Assembly: GCA_049523215.1 (NCBI GenBank)
Contig: JBEKNC010000006.1
Coordinates: forward strand, 21,105-85,104
Origin: Bacteroidota bacterium
GTDB lineage: Bacteria; Bacteroidota; Ignavibacteria; UBA10030
DNA length: 64,000 nucleotides
Reading direction: 5' to 3'
Position 1 is the first letter of the stretch. Every line of letters begins with the position of its first letter. Under the pieces are notes generated by a model that saw only the letters and a list, made by a program, of their open reading frames with translations, was not told the origin of the DNA and made no database searches. Made by a program: the position numbers and the translations under genes. Below are positions 60,073-64,000 of this stretch, one piece after another.

Positions 60073-60633
60073 ATGAAAACAATTCTCTTTATTCTCTCAT
60101 TGATACTGCTCCTACCGTCATTACAAGCACAAGATACCGTCTCTTCTCCCGTTCTTTCGAAATACAAATTTTCATTCAGCTATGGAATCTATTCTATCAA
60201 TCCGAGTGATATCAATGATCATATATCAACATCAAATGATGTATTTGGAAGTACAACCCGAACCATAAGATCTATTCCTGAAATTGCAGCAACATTTTCT
60301 GTGCGTCCGCTGCAAGACAATCAAATTCTTTTCCTTCGAGGCGGATATATGTCCATCCAGCGCTCCTATCAAGTTTCTATTCCAGAAACACAAAACACTC
60401 CGGTGGCAACAGCGTACACTACAGGTACTATTAAGGAAATCTATACCGCATATCCTCTTTCCATCGGTGTAGGCCTTGCATCGTTCACATTCGATTCACA
60501 AATTCAACTAGAAATTATTTACGGACTGGGATACATCAAAGAAGAAACATCCTATACTTCTTCAACAGGTAAAGGGACATCCTATTCAAGATCTTTCTTT
60601 AGCCCGGCGTACGGTTTTAGGATTACCGGATAA
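60073..60633 (+). CDS. Hypothetical secreted β-rich protein
   Basis: Signal peptide ending LQAQD. Alternating β pattern. Confidence 0.4.
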   Translation: MKTILFILSLILLLPSLQAQDTVSSPVLSKYKFSFSYGIYSINPSDINDHISTSNDVFGSTTRTIRSIPEIAATFSVRPLQDNQILFLRGGYMSIQRSYQVSIPETQNTPVATAYTTGTIKEIYTAYPLSIGVGLASFTFDSQIQLEIIYGLGYIKEETSYTSSTGKGTSYSRSFFSPAYGFRITG

Positions 60634-60942
60634 ACAACAGTCCGATTTTCAGACAAAATCGGTGTAACACTTGAACTTGGGTACCGTGGACTTGTCTTCG
60701 ATGAATATGAAGATGACACTTCTACACAACCTGCAAATATTAAGTTTTCGTATTCTGGTGTGAATGGCTCTGCCGGATTGTCGATTATATTTTAACTCAA
60801 CTTCTACCGGATATTGGATGCGGTAAGTGTGAAAAATGTCTGTTGCGCAAATTGTTCTTCATCATAGCCGATTGGTACGCAATAACACACTAATCAAGAT
60901 GGATTTTTCAAATGTATGTGTTAGTATTTCCGCCGCAGACAA

Positions 60943-61278
60943 CTACTTCACGATATAGTGCATCTGAGTCAGCTTTTCAGTGACACGTGCGCGTTGATCT
61001 CCCTGTAGTTCGATCTTTCCTTCTTTGACTGTTCCTCCGGCTCCGCAATATTGTTTTAATATCCGGCCAATTTCTTCCATTGTTGTCGGATTATGCCGTA
61101 AATCGCTCACGATTGTGACACTCTTTCCTTTTCTTCCATGCGTATCTAGCAAAACATGAACAGTGCTGCCTTTTCCGTCGTGTTGACCTTTTGGAGGGAC
61201 AGCACGAACCGGCTGCGGTTCGATGAGTTGCTTTAGATCGGAGAGAGCGCGATATTTCTTTTGATGTTCCAAGTGCAA
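60943..61278 (-). CDS. yciH: SUI1/YciH-family translation initiation factor
   Basis: GKSVTIVSDL...CGAGGTVKEGKIELQGDQR. SUI1 signature. Confidence 0.8.
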   Translation of the reverse strand: MHLEHQKKYRALSDLKQLIEPQPVRAVPPKGQHDGKGSTVHVLLDTHGRKGKSVTIVSDLRHNPTTMEEIGRILKQYCGAGGTVKEGKIELQGDQRARVTEKLTQMHYIVK

Positions 61279-61300
61279 TATTCTATCATGACTTCCTAAA

Positions 61301-61459
61301 CTATTTCAATCCGCGTTTCTTTTTCTCTATAACAACCTGAGCATCCACAGGAACAGCGCAGAGAGGACACACGTAGCGTCGCGTGGTTTCATTGAAGTCG
61401 GGTTCATGGACCTGCTTGCAATTCGGACATCGTATCAAGAGCGGTTTTTCGTCTTTCAC
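61301..61459 (-). CDS. Small zinc-ribbon protein (52 aa), not in the ORF track because it is under 60 aa
   Basis: GTG start with aagga 9 nt upstream. VKDEKPLLIRCPNCKQVHEPDFNETTRRYVCPLCAVPVDAQVVIEKKKRGLK. CPNC...CPLC. Confidence 0.35.
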   Translation of the reverse strand: MKDEKPLLIRCPNCKQVHEPDFNETTRRYVCPLCAVPVDAQVVIEKKKRGLK

Positions 61460-61461
61460 CT

Positions 61462-62595
61462 TTATCCTTTTGTTCCTTGATTAACGTTCTTTCTTTTTTT
61501 CGATATAAGAGGAATATTTTTAACTGGTATCTCCGGTCCGAGTAATACTGCAAGCCACCGCGTTTGTTCATGATTCTCTAATGCAAATTTTAATGTCATG
61601 GTGAAAGGGATACACAAAACCATGCCGATCAGGCCTAGTAAGTTACCCCAGAAAATTAATGAAAGAAAAACAACGAGTGTCGACAAACCGACACCGCGTC
61701 CCACGAGTTTTGGTTCAACAGCTGTGCCAATAATAAAATTTACTGCTAAATACCCGCCAGCTGCAAGCGCCGCATGACCCGGCCCAAATTGGATCAGAGT
61801 GAGAAGTACTGCGGGTGCAGCCGCAATTATTACTCCAAGATTCGGTATATAATTAAGCAGGAAAGCCAGAAAACCCCAGAGCACTGGAAAATCTACGCCG
61901 AGAATGGACATCCAAATTCCGATAAGGATACCTGTGGATACGCTGACACCGGTTTTGATGAGCAGATAGCGGTTGAGATCCTCGATAAATTTTTTGAATT
62001 GTGAAAATTCTGCTTTTGGATCTTCGAGAATAGCACGAAGCTTAACGGGAAAACTTGAGACTTCGAGCAGGATGAATGCGACCGTGAGCAGGATGAGAAA
62101 AATGCTGGAAAGTGTTGAAGTTAATCCTAAAAGCAAACTGGCAGTCAAACCCATCACCGCTCCCGGATTGGCATATTCGAGCACAGTATTATCCTTGATC
62201 GTGAAACCTTTGTTTGCCAAGAATCCTCTCAATGCTTGGACTTCCTCCTGTATGCGTCGCTGATAGAACGGCATACTATCGGAAAAGTGAGCGAGCGATG
62301 TGCCGACGAGTCCGCCGATCATGAGCAGAATGGTGACCATACACGTTAGAACTACCAGCACCGCAAGAACAGAAGGAATTCGCTTCTCTTTGAGCCACAG
62401 TACCAGCGGCGCTCCGATGACAGCAAGGAATAGAGCGACGAGCATAAGCACCAGAATAGATTGTGCCTGAACGATGCCCCAGACAATAATGACAAGTGAT
62501 GCCGCGACGACGAGAAAACTCGTTCTGCGTTGAGTGTTGTTTTTTTCATTCATACTAAAATCTCTTTCCGAGTCCTTTGTGGACATCTTCTTCAT
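61462..62595 (-). CDS. AI-2E family transporter (PerM/UPF0118)
   Basis: 8-TM topology. Conserved G-rich C-terminal segment. Family pattern. Confidence 0.8.
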   Translation of the reverse strand: MKKMSTKDSERDFSMNEKNNTQRRTSFLVVAASLVIIVWGIVQAQSILVLMLVALFLAVIGAPLVLWLKEKRIPSVLAVLVVLTCMVTILLMIGGLVGTSLAHFSDSMPFYQRRIQEEVQALRGFLANKGFTIKDNTVLEYANPGAVMGLTASLLLGLTSTLSSIFLILLTVAFILLEVSSFPVKLRAILEDPKAEFSQFKKFIEDLNRYLLIKTGVSVSTGILIGIWMSILGVDFPVLWGFLAFLLNYIPNLGVIIAAAPAVLLTLIQFGPGHAALAAGGYLAVNFIIGTAVEPKLVGRGVGLSTLVVFLSLIFWGNLLGLIGMVLCIPFTMTLKFALENHEQTRWLAVLLGPEIPVKNIPLISKKRKNVNQGTKG

Positions 62596-62819
62596 CTCCC
62601 CTTGAGAGAGGAGAGTTCTTACTTTCTCTAAAGCGCACTCCGCTAACTATCATAGAACATCCTAAATCATACAAAAAATGTATCTGTTTTCTTGAGAGAA
62701 TGCAAGAGCATGGGGAAAGATGAAGACAGAGAATTAGAAGTGCGAAATGGAAAAATGAGGAAATCGCAAAACGGCGATTAAGTGAGAATTCTAACAGACA
62801 CGAGTCATCGTTCGTCCAA

Positions 62820-63962
62820 TCAATCGCCGCCGGCGGAAGAGAGGCCATGCTTCGCTGAATCAAGGATACCCATGAAGCGATCAATATTCTCAAAACTCCA
62901 ATTTACTTTATTGCACAGCACGATAATCGTTGTTTTATCATGAAGTCTTCTCACAAAGATACTACTGTACCCGCGCCACAAACCGGCGTGGTACACAATC
63001 TTACTGCTGTCGTTCGTCGTTGCGATGCGCCATCCATAGCCATAACTATTGTCGTTCCGCCAGTCATAGCTGAAGGGTGTAAACGCTTCCTGAAGAGTTG
63101 TTTGTTTGATTAATTGTTCGGTGTACAGCGCTTGGTCCCACTTGAACATATCTTCCACGGTGGAGTAAATCCCTTTATCTCCGACCACACCGCTTAAATA
63201 ATCTTCCTCCGCTCTGCGCTTATTTTTCTTGTATCCCAATGTACGGTATTCAACATCCAACATATTCTTCGTGTTATAGATGAACGTCCTCTTCATGCCG
63301 AGCGGCTTGAAAATCCGTTTTTCCAGAAAAATATGGAACTGTAATCCCGATACCTGCTCAACGATACACGCAAGAATCACATATCCTGTATTGTTGTATT
63401 TGTATTTTCGATCCGGTACAAAAACCAATCCCGGATGATGCGTGATCAACATATCCAAAATGTCATCGTTGCTCATGAGACGTCTCTTATTTTTCCAGTA
63501 CCGCTTGGCGAAACTCATATATTCTGGCAAGCCGGAGCGATGTGTAAGCAATTGGCGAATGGTTATGTCATGGTAGGGAAATCCGGGAAAGAATCGCTGC
63601 AGCGTATCGGTAAAGTTGAGCTTGCCTTCATCGTGCAGCATCATAATCGCCATTGCCGTAAACTGTTTCGTTATTGAGGCGAGTTGGAAAGTGGATTCGA
63701 TATGGAGCGGCGTTTTCTCTTTCAGGTCGGCATAACCGAAGGCGTTTTCATAGATAACTTTCCCTCCCTGTGCAATCAGAACGTTACCGTTAAATCCTCT
63801 CTTTGTTGAAAGGACTTGAAAGAGGGAATCTATCTTGAAGACGATATCGCCGGATGCGTGATCGTTAGCCGGGATACTGCCGGAAATTGTTGACGAAGTC
63901 GTATCGTTCGTGAAACATGCGGAAAACAACGTCAGCAAGAAGCAGAAAAAAAAGGAAATCAT
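62820..63962 (-). CDS. Serine hydrolase, β-lactamase / PBP family (class C-like)
   Basis: SxxK motif FQLASITKQFTA. YxN-like region. N-terminal lipoprotein signal. Confidence 0.8.
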   Translation of the reverse strand: MISFFFCFLLTLFSACFTNDTTSSTISGSIPANDHASGDIVFKIDSLFQVLSTKRGFNGNVLIAQGGKVIYENAFGYADLKEKTPLHIESTFQLASITKQFTAMAIMMLHDEGKLNFTDTLQRFFPGFPYHDITIRQLLTHRSGLPEYMSFAKRYWKNKRRLMSNDDILDMLITHHPGLVFVPDRKYKYNNTGYVILACIVEQVSGLQFHIFLEKRIFKPLGMKRTFIYNTKNMLDVEYRTLGYKKNKRRAEEDYLSGVVGDKGIYSTVEDMFKWDQALYTEQLIKQTTLQEAFTPFSYDWRNDNSYGYGWRIATTNDSSKIVYHAGLWRGYSSIFVRRLHDKTTIIVLCNKVNWSFENIDRFMGILDSAKHGLSSAGGD

Positions 63963-64000
63963 TTCAAGTTAACCGTATAAAATTAAATTACCTGTCATCA

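Noticed and set aside
1-64000. Search for tRNA, rRNA or CRISPR arrays
   Set aside because: No GTTCGAATC-type T-arm with matching acceptor stems was found. No rRNA-like conserved blocks and no regularly spaced direct repeats were seen. A GGTAGAGCG segment at about 44145 lacks the rest of a tRNA cloverleaf.

Overview
The window looks like a 64-kb chromosomal segment from an FCB-group bacterium (Bacteroidota/Ignavibacteriota-like). Supporting evidence: two proteins carry type IX secretion (T9SS) C-terminal sorting domains, the purN-purH-mreB-mreC gene order is present, and several genes overlap by ATGA. In order, the window contains: a partial short-chain dehydrogenase (SDR) gene; a 700-bp repeat-rich non-coding region; a NarL/DesK-type two-component system whose sensor appears split into two overlapping ORFs; an MBL hydrolase; a T9SS esterase; purN-purH; mreB-mreC; and a ~22-kb co-directional glycoconjugate locus (11.1-33.8 kb). 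That locus holds two polyprenyl-phosphate GT2 synthases, two GT-C membrane transferases, six methyltransferases, a CDP-6-deoxyhexose pathway (rfbF, rfbG, C-methyltransferase, 3,5-epimerase, reductase, O-methyltransferase), a Wzx flippase and five further glycosyltransferases. After an M28 peptidase gene comes the most unusual part, a ~7-kb accessory island (35.6-42.5 kb). It encodes a Gp37/Gp68 (DUF5131) three-Cys protein, a TcmP-like methyltransferase-fold partner, a Cys-rich DUF3795-like protein, a LexA-like S24/XRE autopeptidase repressor and a DUF559 nuclease-like protein. Diverging from these across a palindrome-rich control region are an ImuA/SulA-like RecA-fold protein and a family-B DNA polymerase that appears to lack proofreading exonuclease motifs. 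I interpret this as a noncanonical, possibly undescribed, damage-inducible mutagenesis/DNA-modification island. The arginine biosynthesis cluster (argC-J-B-R-smr-argG-amiC-argH) follows. Downstream on the opposite strand are a DUF4139-like secreted protein, a PAP2/CPBP/epimerase envelope operon, a GH28 polygalacturonase, small T9SS-CTD and β-barrel proteins, SUI1, an unlisted zinc-ribbon ORF, an AI-2E transporter and a β-lactamase-family hydrolase. I found no rRNA, tRNA, CRISPR array, integrase or transposase.
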